A stretch of DNA of 64,000 bases from Candidatus Taylorbacteria bacterium RIFCSPHIGHO2_02_FULL_46_13 (GTDB lineage Bacteria; Patescibacteriota; Minisyncoccia; Phycocordibacterales; DSPV01): the NCBI GenBank assembly GCA_001821015.1, contig MHRQ01000020.1:44977-108976 (forward strand). The letters are read 5' to 3'. The position numbers were made by a program, and so were the translations under genes. This document shows positions 36,597 to 45,141 of this stretch, in pieces. The notes under the pieces are model-generated. The model was not told the DNA's origin, did not search any database, and saw nothing but the letters and a program-made list of their open reading frames with translations. How positions within the stretch are numbered: the stretch's first letter is position 1; the number at the start of each line of letters is the position of its first letter.

Positions 36597-38849
36597 ATGA
36601 CGGTCAATAAATATCTCAAGTATTTTATCATCGCGGGACTCCTGCTGTCTCTTTTCATTCCTTTTATTGTAACCACACATTCTTTCTTCCCGTTCATCAC
36701 GGGAAAAAATTTTGCATTCCGTATTATCACGGAAATTATTTTCGGTGTCTGGATCATCCTTGCTTTGTGTGACAGCACCTACCGCCCGAAGTTCTCGTGG
36801 CTCGCCGTATCAGTTGGGATGTTTGTTCTCGTAATCGGCATCGCTGACATTTTTAGCGCGAATCCATACAAGAGCTTTTGGTCAAACTTTGAGCGCATGG
36901 AGGGATACATCACGATTTTGCATTTGGCCGCCTATTTCCTTGTCGCGTCTTGCGTGCTGAACACTGAAAAGCTTTGGACATTCTTTTTGCAGACGAGTGT
37001 AGGGGCGAGCATCATTATGAGCGTGTACGGCATGTTGCAACTGGCTGGAAAGCTTACGATCAATCAAGGCGGTGTGCGTCTTGACGGTACACTCGGAAAC
37101 GCTTCCTACCTCGCGGTCTACATGATGTTGAATTTGTTCATCGTGCTCTTTTTGCTTGTGCGGCAGAGAAAAATCGTACTGTGGCGATGGGTGTACGGCG
37201 TGGCGATAGTTTCCCAGCTTTATATTCTTTACCACACCGCAACGCGAGGCGCGATATTGGGGTCGCTAGGAGGGGTGCTGATTGCTGGAATATTACTGAC
37301 GTTGTTTTCCCATATCAAAACACACCGCCGAATTGGGATGGTGGCACTGGGAGTTGTGGTGCTTTTGTTCGCGCTTGGCGCGACGCTGAAGAATACTGAT
37401 TTTGTGAAGAATCAACCTTCGTTGGTAAGGCTCACCGATATTTCAACCAGTGAAGCAAAGTCGCGTTTTCTAGTGTGGGGCATGGCGTGGGAAGGATTTA
37501 AAGAAAGCCCCAAAACCATGGTTATCGGCTGGGGGCAGGAGAGTTTTAACTATGTGTTCAACAAATATTACAACCCGGCCATGTATGCGCAGGAGCAGTG
37601 GTTTGACCGCACGCACGACATTTTCTTTGATTGGTTGGTTGCGGGCGGGGCACTCGGTCTGTTGGGATATCTTTCCATACTTTTCTTCGCGCTTTATTAT
37701 ATTTGGAAGCAGGGTGAGCTTGATTTTTCGCTGAAACACTGGTTTCGGCGATGGGTTCAATTTTCTAAGGGTCAGGAAATCCCGCATCTTTTGGAGAAGG
37801 TGGTGCTGACGGGCCTCTTGTTTGCGTACGTGTTTCAAAACATTTTCGTTTTTGACAATATCACGAGCTACCTTCTGTTTTTTGCGCTTCTCGCGTACCT
37901 TCATTCCATTTCCGGCCAGCCCATCAAGAAGCTTTCTAAAGACCATTTTCAAATTGAGCAGCGTACGGTCAATAGCATGCTGGTGCCGCTCGTCGTAGTC
38001 GCTACTATTTTTGTCGTTTATATCGCGAATGTAACGCCGATACGCGCGTCCACGAGTCTCATTGACGCGCTCCGCCCGCAACAAGCGGGTCCGGCAACGA
38101 ATCTAGATTATTTTAAAAAGACCCTTGCACTCAATTCATTGGGGAACCCCGAGGTTCGCGAACAACTCGCGCAGGCCACCATTCAAGTCATCTCTGGGCA
38201 GTCGGTGGACCTCACGCTTAAACAGCAGTTCTACGATCTGACGCGAAGTGAATTGTTGAAGCAAGTTGATAAAACGCCGAATGATGCGCGCTATTATCTT
38301 TTTCTTGGATCATTTCTCAACCGTGTGCACAATTATGATGAAGCGCTCACCGCGCTTACGAAAGCCTTTGAGCTTTCTCCAAAGAAACAGACGATTATGT
38401 TTGAGCTCGGTTCAACATACATCAATAAAGGCGACAACGCCAAGGCGCTTGCCCTCATGAAAGCTGCGTTTGATCTTGATCAAAGTTTTGCCGAAGCACG
38501 AATTATTTATGCGGTTGCTTTGGTGTATGCGAAAGATTTCGCGACTGCCGAGGAGCTGATGCAACCTCTCGCCGGGACTGCGCGGGAATATGATGATCGG
38601 CTGGTAAACGCGTATTCAGCCACAGGACGCCTCAGCACGGTCGTTGATCTTTTAGGCAAGCGGGTTGAACACAACCCAAAAGACTCGCAAGCACGATTTA
38701 GTCTTGCGGCGGCATATTTGGCGTCAGGTGCGCGAGCGAAAGCGGTTGGGGTATTGCGAACAGTGGTTAAAGATTTTTCAGATCAAAAAGATAAAGTAGA
38801 TCAGGCCAATTATTACATTCAGGAAATTCAGGCGGGGAGAAACCCCTAA
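36597..38849 (+). CDS. O-antigen ligase-like (Wzy_C) membrane protein with C-terminal TPRs
   Basis: SFWSNFERMEG, GTLGN, TATRGA, GWGQE and FDRTHD motifs; many TMs; TPR-like tail. Confidence 0.85.
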   Translation: MTVNKYLKYFIIAGLLLSLFIPFIVTTHSFFPFITGKNFAFRIITEIIFGVWIILALCDSTYRPKFSWLAVSVGMFVLVIGIADIFSANPYKSFWSNFERMEGYITILHLAAYFLVASCVLNTEKLWTFFLQTSVGASIIMSVYGMLQLAGKLTINQGGVRLDGTLGNASYLAVYMMLNLFIVLFLLVRQRKIVLWRWVYGVAIVSQLYILYHTATRGAILGSLGGVLIAGILLTLFSHIKTHRRIGMVALGVVVLLFALGATLKNTDFVKNQPSLVRLTDISTSEAKSRFLVWGMAWEGFKESPKTMVIGWGQESFNYVFNKYYNPAMYAQEQWFDRTHDIFFDWLVAGGALGLLGYLSILFFALYYIWKQGELDFSLKHWFRRWVQFSKGQEIPHLLEKVVLTGLLFAYVFQNIFVFDNITSYLLFFALLAYLHSISGQPIKKLSKDHFQIEQRTVNSMLVPLVVVATIFVVYIANVTPIRASTSLIDALRPQQAGPATNLDYFKKTLALNSLGNPEVREQLAQATIQVISGQSVDLTLKQQFYDLTRSELLKQVDKTPNDARYYLFLGSFLNRVHNYDEALTALTKAFELSPKKQTIMFELGSTYINKGDNAKALALMKAAFDLDQSFAEARIIYAVALVYAKDFATAEELMQPLAGTAREYDDRLVNAYSATGRLSTVVDLLGKRVEHNPKDSQARFSLAAAYLASGARAKAVGVLRTVVKDFSDQKDKVDQANYYIQEIQAGRNP

Positions 38850-38879
38850 AAAGCCTAGCGCTTATAGCTTAGGGCTTTG

Positions 38880-38904
38880 AAAACGAAGGTTGAACCTTCG
38901 TTTT
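38880..38904. repeat. 25-bp palindrome, possibly a bidirectional terminator
   Basis: AAAACGAAGGTT-G-AACCTTCGTTTT. Confidence 0.7.
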
Positions 38905-38999
38905 TATGGTTTAGGGTACAGGGGAGAGGGTAGAGCATGGTGTTAATAGGCGCGCATTCGGTGAGCGCATTTCCAAGCTATTGAACCATAACGATTCAT

Positions 39000-39028
39000 T
39001 TGACTTTATTAAGCATATATGCTAAGCT
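39000..39028 (+). promoter_or_regulatory. Sigma70-type promoter
   Basis: TTGACT-17 nt-TAAGCT with TG two bases upstream of the -10. Confidence 0.6.
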
Positions 39029-39033
39029 CTCCA

Positions 39034-39112
39034 GTGTGAGTGCTAGCCGACGCTAGCCCTAACGAATGTCTGCGAAAAACCCAGCGAAAGCGGGGTTTTT
39101 CGTTTCTGTTTT
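39034..39112 (+). ncRNA. Candidate small RNA (~75 nt)
   Basis: Lies between that promoter and terminator hairpin CGAAAAACCC...GGGTTTTTCG plus T run (39073-39112); internal GCTAGC-CGAC-GCTAGC hairpin; no ORF. Confidence 0.4.
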
Positions 39113-39152
39113 TAGCCTTTCTGCTATACTATAAGTTGCAACCCAAACAAAT

Positions 39153-39242
39153 TTTATTGCCTAGCGAGTGAGCGAAGAGAAAAAGTATACTCTTTTTCTC
39201 TCCCGAGCGAGCGACGGCAACAAAGGGTTTAATACCCTTTAA
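39153..39242 (+). mobile_element. Structured element, short form (85 bp), copy 4, intergenic
   Basis: Close match to 36398-36488; right flank TTTAA. Confidence 0.85.
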
Positions 39243-39267
39243 TCAAAATTTGAAAACGGGTACATTG

Positions 39268-39344
39268 CGCCAAACTATGGCCGGCGGTTGCACTCATATA
39301 AGACATTAGTTTTAGGAGCTGGCCCCGCCGGCCATAGTTTGGCG
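39268..39344. repeat. Perfect 20-bp inverted repeat with a 37-nt spacer upstream of murB
   Basis: CGCCAAACTATGGCCGGCGG / CCGCCGGCCATAGTTTGGCG. Confidence 0.85.
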
Positions 39345-39362
39345 GAATAGCCTTGTATCCCA

Positions 39363-40382
39363 ATGACCGTTGAAGAAAACGTCTCGTTAGCATCTTTAAC
39401 TACCTTTAAAATTGGCGGCCCAGCACGCTATTTTTGTCGTGTACAATCGTTACCTGATCTTAAAGAGGCTGTAGCATTTGGCAAAAAGAACCGTTTGCCG
39501 TTCCTTATACTTGGTGGAGGTTCAAATATCCTGTTGCCTGATAACGGATTTCCCGGGCTTGTAGTTAAAATAGATATTCTTGGTCTTGAATTTAAAGAAG
39601 AAATGAAGATTTTGGAAGTTGTCGCAGGTGCGGGAGAAATTTGGGACGATCTGGTCGCGCTTTCTGTCCAGAAAGATTTATGGGGGATGGAAAACCTTTC
39701 AGGTATTCCAGGCACAGTCGGTGGCGCACCTGTCCAAAATATTGGTGCCTACGGAATGGAGCTTGCGAAGCTTGTGGAGTGGGTAGAAGTGTATGATTCT
39801 AAAACAGGTAAGGTTCGTCAGCTTTCCGTGCGTGAGTGTAAGTTTGGATATCGCGACAGTCTTTTTAAAAAGCCTGAAGGTAAGCATTTGATTGTTGTAC
39901 GAGTAGCATTTTCTCTTTCAAAAACTGCTCGCCCAGAACTTTCCTATAAAGATCTTAAGGAATTTTTCAAAAAAAAGAATAAAGATCCAAATCTTGCTGA
40001 AATTCGCTCGGCGGTGCTTTCTATTAGAAGCAAGAAATTTCCCGACCTGACCCGTGTTGGCACGGCTGGTTCCTTTTTTAAGAACCCCGTAGTTAGCCAA
40101 TCTGTATATGAGAAATTACAAAGCGAACATCCAGATTTACCAGGATTCCCGACAGGCAAAGGGCACGTTAAACTTTCGCTTGCGTGGATCATTGACCATA
40201 TCTGCAAGTTTAAAAATCTCCGTGTTGGCGATGCGATTGTGTCAGAGAAGCAAGCGCTCGTGATCTGTAATGATGGTCATGCGCGAGCCGAAGATGTAAC
40301 CGCACTTGCGAAAAGTATTTTTCATGCAGTAAAGAACGCGACCGGAATTGAAATTGAGCCAGAGGTTCGATTATTTTTTTAG
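39363..40382 (+). CDS. murB: UDP-N-acetylenolpyruvoylglucosamine reductase
   Basis: TTFKIGG, LGGGSN, IPGTVGGAPVQNIGAYG, FGYRDS, AGSFFKNP and EPEV motifs. Confidence 0.96.
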   Translation: MTVEENVSLASLTTFKIGGPARYFCRVQSLPDLKEAVAFGKKNRLPFLILGGGSNILLPDNGFPGLVVKIDILGLEFKEEMKILEVVAGAGEIWDDLVALSVQKDLWGMENLSGIPGTVGGAPVQNIGAYGMELAKLVEWVEVYDSKTGKVRQLSVRECKFGYRDSLFKKPEGKHLIVVRVAFSLSKTARPELSYKDLKEFFKKKNKDPNLAEIRSAVLSIRSKKFPDLTRVGTAGSFFKNPVVSQSVYEKLQSEHPDLPGFPTGKGHVKLSLAWIIDHICKFKNLRVGDAIVSEKQALVICNDGHARAEDVTALAKSIFHAVKNATGIEIEPEVRLFF

Positions 40383-40606
40383 CCTATCTTGATGAAATAT
40401 TTTTTCTCTCAAGAAAGTTGTCCACAGTTTAGCTACAGAAAATATTGTATTTCAATTTGTAGGCCTCATAATGATATATAGGTTAACGCGATAATTTTCT
40501 CTGGGAAATTCTCTGGACTCTCGGTCGGTAGGTTATCGCTCTTTATTATTCGTTTGTAAGATGTACGCGTTTTGCATTTGTATGCATAACACGCTCCAAA
40601 ATCACT

Positions 40607-40687
40607 ATGGCTAAAAAAAGAAAAGCTAAAAAAGCAAAAAAGGCAAAGAAATCAAAGAAGCGAAAATCTTCTAAGCGCCGCAGGTAA
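40607..40687 (+). CDS. 26-aa Lys/Arg-rich peptide MAKKRKAKKAKKAKKSKKRKSSKRRR
   Basis: ATG-TAA ORF below the track cutoff, followed by a terminator-like hairpin AAAAAGAAACCT-CTACAA-AGGTTTCTTTTT. Confidence 0.65.
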   Translation: MAKKRKAKKAKKAKKSKKRKSSKRRR

Positions 40688-40745
40688 AGCGGACAAAAAG
40701 AAACCTCTACAAAGGTTTCTTTTTTTGTGTTATTATACCCAGTCT

Positions 40746-43250
40746 ATGTCGCTATTGACCCGTATTTTCGGAGATGAGAACGCAAAAACGGTAGGGAAAT
40801 TCCAGCCCACAGTTGTGGCAATTAATGCACTTGAGCCTGACTTTGTTAAGCTCTCCGATGACCAGCTGAAAGCAAAGACGGATGAATTTAAAAAACGTCT
40901 CGTGTCAGGCGAGATGCTTGACTCGTTTCTCCCCGAAGCTTTTGCCGTAGTGCGTGAAGCCGCGAAGCGCACACTTAAACAACGGCACTTTGACGTACAG
41001 TTGGTTGGAGGAATGGTGTTGCACTATGGAAATATTGCCGAAATGAGGACCGGAGAAGGAAAGACGCTTGTGGCAACACTGCCTGCCTACCTTAACGCGC
41101 TTCTAGGTAAAGGAGTGCATGTAGTTACGGTCAACGACTACCTCTCACGTCGCGATGCGGTGTGGATGGGGCAAATTTACAATACGCTCGGACTTTCGGT
41201 TGGCGTACTCACGCATGATACGTCGTATCGCTATGACCCGGCGCACAAAGAACTTGATGAAAAACGTGATGAAGTTGCTTCGTTCCACGTTGTCTATGAG
41301 TTTTTGCGCCCCACGACGCGGCGCGAGGCCTATGAGGCTGACATCACGTATGGCACCAACAATGAGTTTGGTTTTGACTATTTAAGAGACAATCTTGAGT
41401 ATGAAGTAAAAGACCTTCGTCAGCGGCCATTTCACTATGCAGTGGTGGACGAAATTGACTCTATTTTAATTGACGAAGCGCGAACGCCCTTAATTATTTC
41501 AGCGATGACCTCTGAATCGGAGGATTTATACAGGACGTTTGCGGGTATTGTTAAAGATTTCCAAGACGGAGATGATTATGAAATAGACAAAAAATTAAAG
41601 GCCGTTACGCTCACTGACGCGGGTATTTCTAAAGCCGAGAAGAAGCTTGGGATAGAAAATATTTACACGGATGCTGGTATTAAATCTGTGCATCATTTAG
41701 AGACGGCGGTGAGGGCGAAGGCGCTGTTTCATAAAGATAAAGAGTATGTGGTACGAAATGGAGAAGTTGCTATCGTAGATGAGTTCACGGGGCGTCTGCA
41801 ACCGGGACGACGCTGGTCAGAGGGTTTGCATCAAGCGATTGAGGCGAAAGAAGGTGTAACGGTTCAGAAAGAATCTCGCACATTCGCGTCCATTACATTT
41901 CAAAATTATTTCAGGCTCTACAAAAAGCTTTCTGGTATGACCGGTACGGCGCTCACTTCTAAAGAAGAATTCTTCAAAGTGTACGGGCTGGATGTCGTCG
42001 CCATACCCACGAACACTCCTATGATCCGCGCCGACAAAAACGACCTCATTTTTCAGAGTGAAAAAGGGAAGTTTACGGCCGTGGCGCGTAAAATTAAAGA
42101 GCTCAATCAAAAGGGCCAGCCAGTTCTTGTTGGTACTGTTTCTATTGAGAAAAATGAGGTTTTGTCAGGCTATTTGACGCGTGAAGGGGTCGCGCATGAG
42201 GTTTTGAATGCTAAAAACCACGAACGTGAAGGAGAAATTATCGCGCAAGCGGGGCGAAAAGGAGCGGTAACCATAGCGACTAACCTCGCAGGACGAGGCG
42301 TTGATATAAAACTGGGAGGAAATCCATCTTCAGCTGAGGATCATGAAAAAGTAAAGCAAGCCGGAGGATTATTCGTGCTTGGCACAGAACGCCATGAAGC
42401 ACGTCGCATTGACAATCAGTTGCGCGGTCGCTCGGGCCGACAGGGTGACCCCGGCGAGACACAGTTTTTTGTTTCACTTGAAGATGAGCTGATGCGTGTG
42501 TTTCCCCGCGATATGATGATAAAGATGATGGGACGCTTAGGTGTTGCTGAAGATGAGCCGATTGAAAACCGCATGATCACACGTTCTATTGAGACCGCGC
42601 AGACGAAGATTGAAGGGTTTCATTTTGATGCGCGCAAACACGTGCTGGAATACGACGATGTCATGAATCATCAGAGAAAAATCGTATACGAACGCCGGCG
42701 TGCGGTTTTAATAGGCGATACCACTGCAATAGATGCGTACCTCGCAAATATTGCCGGTGGAGATGAGGCGGCCCAGAAAGCGATTGCCGATAAAAAGAAA
42801 GAATTGGGAGATACAGAGTTTTACACCGTCATGCGGCGTGTGATTTTGCAGGCGATAGATATGCTTTGGGTGGACCACTTGGAAATGATGGACTACATGC
42901 GCGGCAGTGTGAACTTGCGTGCCTACGGCCAGCGCGACCCGCTCGTGGAGTATAAAAGGGAAGGTTTAAAATTGTTCAAAGAAATGGAAGCGACGATCGG
43001 AGGGCAGATTTTGAGTGTCATTCCCAAAATTGTTCCAGGGGCATTTGCCACCAGAGACAAAGAAATGGAGCAGGTGCGCAAGCGCGCAGCCGAGATAACG
43101 TCTCGCACTACGGGCATAGTTGTTGGTGATAAGAAAAAAGAAATCGGTCGCAACGACCCATGTCCGTGCGGAGCGATTAATCCACAAACGAATCGGCCTT
43201 ATAAATATAAGCAGTGTGGTCTCATCAATGCTCCTCATCACAAGAAATAG
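40746..43250 (+). CDS. secA: Preprotein translocase ATPase SecA
   Basis: AEMRTGEGKT, DEIDSILIDEARTPLIIS, QLRGRSGRQGDPG and C-terminal GRNDPCPCG motifs; start ATG 40746. Confidence 0.97.
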   Translation: MSLLTRIFGDENAKTVGKFQPTVVAINALEPDFVKLSDDQLKAKTDEFKKRLVSGEMLDSFLPEAFAVVREAAKRTLKQRHFDVQLVGGMVLHYGNIAEMRTGEGKTLVATLPAYLNALLGKGVHVVTVNDYLSRRDAVWMGQIYNTLGLSVGVLTHDTSYRYDPAHKELDEKRDEVASFHVVYEFLRPTTRREAYEADITYGTNNEFGFDYLRDNLEYEVKDLRQRPFHYAVVDEIDSILIDEARTPLIISAMTSESEDLYRTFAGIVKDFQDGDDYEIDKKLKAVTLTDAGISKAEKKLGIENIYTDAGIKSVHHLETAVRAKALFHKDKEYVVRNGEVAIVDEFTGRLQPGRRWSEGLHQAIEAKEGVTVQKESRTFASITFQNYFRLYKKLSGMTGTALTSKEEFFKVYGLDVVAIPTNTPMIRADKNDLIFQSEKGKFTAVARKIKELNQKGQPVLVGTVSIEKNEVLSGYLTREGVAHEVLNAKNHEREGEIIAQAGRKGAVTIATNLAGRGVDIKLGGNPSSAEDHEKVKQAGGLFVLGTERHEARRIDNQLRGRSGRQGDPGETQFFVSLEDELMRVFPRDMMIKMMGRLGVAEDEPIENRMITRSIETAQTKIEGFHFDARKHVLEYDDVMNHQRKIVYERRRAVLIGDTTAIDAYLANIAGGDEAAQKAIADKKKELGDTEFYTVMRRVILQAIDMLWVDHLEMMDYMRGSVNLRAYGQRDPLVEYKREGLKLFKEMEATIGGQILSVIPKIVPGAFATRDKEMEQVRKRAAEITSRTTGIVVGDKKKEIGRNDPCPCGAINPQTNRPYKYKQCGLINAPHHKK

Positions 43251-43319
43251 AGCACAGTCCAGCTCCAATATCCTTTGGGGGTGTGGTGGTTCTGGAAAGA
43301 AATATAAAAAATGTGGAAT

Positions 43320-43732
43320 GCCCAATACGAAGAGTACTCGGATGGATGGATTCAGTCGCTGACACCCCTCAAGAGCCCGCCGAAACAATGTCGCATGACA
43401 TCTTTCCATGTGTCGCATACAACGGCGACGTCGTGCTATTGTCCCCGGAGTTTCTCTTGTCAGAAACAGGTTCCTACCGGACTTTTGCGGTAGGAAATGT
43501 GCTTCGTGAGTCACTGAAACAGATCATCAATCGCGGAAAAAACAGTACCTACGTCTCTGACTTTACGGAAGGTGTCAGGGAATGTGCCGTAACGTGTGAT
43601 TATTTCGATTGCTGTCGCGGCGGGCAAGCGAGCAATAAGTTTTTTGAGCTTGGTACCACTAAAGGAACGGAAACTACGTACTGCAAAAATTCCGAGCAAC
43701 GACTTGTCAGGGCAATACTCAACAACATCTGA
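43320..43732 (+). pseudogene. C-terminal SPASM fragment of a cyclophane-forming radical SAM maturase (GrrM/AmcB-like)
   Basis: NGDVVLLSPE, VGNV, CAVTCDYFDCCRGGQASNKFFE and TETTYC motifs; no CxxxCxxC core and no credible start. Confidence 0.75.
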
Positions 43733-43753
43733 TATAGAAAGGAGGTGAGACAC

Positions 43754-43924
43754 ATGAATAGCGTAGTAACGGAAGTGCAGAGCAAGAAATCAAAAATACG
43801 AGAAGCTTTGCAACGAACAGCCAGTGCGCCTAATCCCGGCGCTGTGGTTGCGGGCCAGGTACAAACCTCGGTCACCAACTTCAAAAAGGGATGGAACAAG
43901 GGTTGGGGTAAACACGGAAGGTAA
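43754..43924 (+). CDS. Putative RiPP (triceptide-like) precursor, 56 aa
   Basis: Strong SD AAAGGAGGTGA; MNSVVTEVQSKKSKIREALQRTASAPNPGAVVAGQVQTSVTNFKKGWNKGWGKHGR; directly follows the SPASM fragment. Confidence 0.75.
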   Translation: MNSVVTEVQSKKSKIREALQRTASAPNPGAVVAGQVQTSVTNFKKGWNKGWGKHGR

Positions 43925-43942
43925 ACGTCCCCGCCCGACACG

Positions 43943-43975
43943 CCGACTAGTAGTCATTTGCTAGTCGGTTTTTTT
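43943..43975 (+). terminator. Intrinsic terminator after the precursor
   Basis: CCGACTAG...CTAGTCGG followed by T7. Confidence 0.75.
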
Positions 43976-44038
43976 AACACCCATTCTTAGTTCATAGCCT
44001 AAAAATGTTTAGGCTGTTATCATACTTGATACAAGAAC

Positions 44039-44575
44039 ATGCTCATTCCTAGAGCCAAAATAAAAGAATTTTGCCGAGAAAACAGCATTGCAGGAATTGT
44101 TGGTTTTTTTGCGCACCTCTCCAAACATTTTCAGAATTTCAAATCATTCTTAGGGCGTGCAGGTATTTCAACACCAAACCCACCGGTCTCGGTCCTTTTC
44201 CATGGTTCTCAGACACACCTTGATAATCTAGACCCAAGTATCTCCACCGGGGAAGGTAATTTAAATTACGAAAAATCTCTAGTCTATGCGACAGATAATC
44301 CTAACTACGCCGTATTTCTTGCAGTTATTGATCTCGCGGAGGGTAGCAACGCTTCGGTTTTGGTTGAAGATAATAAAACACTCTTGAGCATCGACATTGG
44401 TTTTGTGAATGGACACTCACAGATAAAAGACGGGTATGTCCATGTTGTTGACGGCACACAGTTTAAGCTAAATGACAATGACGAATACGTATCACAACAA
44501 CCCGCTCGAATTCTATTTTCTGTCAAAGTGAAACCGTCTGACCTTACCGAGAAAATCTATTTAAAGATAGACTGA
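44039..44575 (+). CDS. Hypothetical protein, possible ADP-ribosyltransferase fold
   Basis: LFHGS...VYATDNPNYA motif pair. Confidence 0.45.
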   Translation: MLIPRAKIKEFCRENSIAGIVGFFAHLSKHFQNFKSFLGRAGISTPNPPVSVLFHGSQTHLDNLDPSISTGEGNLNYEKSLVYATDNPNYAVFLAVIDLAEGSNASVLVEDNKTLLSIDIGFVNGHSQIKDGYVHVVDGTQFKLNDNDEYVSQQPARILFSVKVKPSDLTEKIYLKID

Positions 44576-44578
44576 ACT

Positions 44579-45034
44579 ATGACCAACTGCATCTTCTGTA
44601 AAATTGCAAAAGGAGAGGCGCCAAGCTATAAGATTTGGGAGAATGAGAAACACCTTGCGTTTCTTTCGATTTTCCCAAACACTGAAGGGTTCTCGGTGGT
44701 AATCACTAGGGAGCACAACCCAAGCTACGCGTTTGATAATCCCGACAAGATACTTTCGGGCTTAGTTTTGGCAGCCAAGAAAGTTGGCAAACTTATTGAT
44801 GAAAAACTTCCCGATGTTGGGAGAACAGGAATGATTCTTGAAGGTTTCGGCGTTGACCATTTACACGCTAAACTATTTCCTATGCACGGAACAGAGAATT
44901 TGAAGGAATGGAAGCCGATTAAATCTAAGGTCGACAAGTTTTTCGAGAAATACGAGGGCTACATCTCATCGCACGATTGGGAACGAGCTGATGATGCAAA
45001 ATTAGCTGAATTAGCAAGGAAAATACGTGAATAA
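44579..45034 (+). CDS. HIT-family hydrolase
   Basis: CIFCKI and VDHLHAKLFP motifs (third His replaced). Confidence 0.85.
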   Translation: MTNCIFCKIAKGEAPSYKIWENEKHLAFLSIFPNTEGFSVVITREHNPSYAFDNPDKILSGLVLAAKKVGKLIDEKLPDVGRTGMILEGFGVDHLHAKLFPMHGTENLKEWKPIKSKVDKFFEKYEGYISSHDWERADDAKLAELARKIRE

Positions 45035-45036
45035 AA

Positions 45037-45092
45037 TTTTCCCATTAGTACGACATTTCAAGAAGTGCAGAATGTTGAATACCGAAGAGCAT
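45037..45092 (+). repeat. 56-bp direct repeat, copy 1
   Basis: 53/56 identical to 46264-46319. Confidence 0.9.
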
Positions 45093-45141
45093 CAAAAGCT
45101 CATGACATAAAAAAACTAGAGGGCATGACGACAACGTTTGT

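Noticed and set aside
43214-43732. Intact 172-aa protein as given in the ORF track
   Set aside because: The first ~35 codons overlap the secA end and the duplicated SEC-C scar; only the SPASM part looks genuine.
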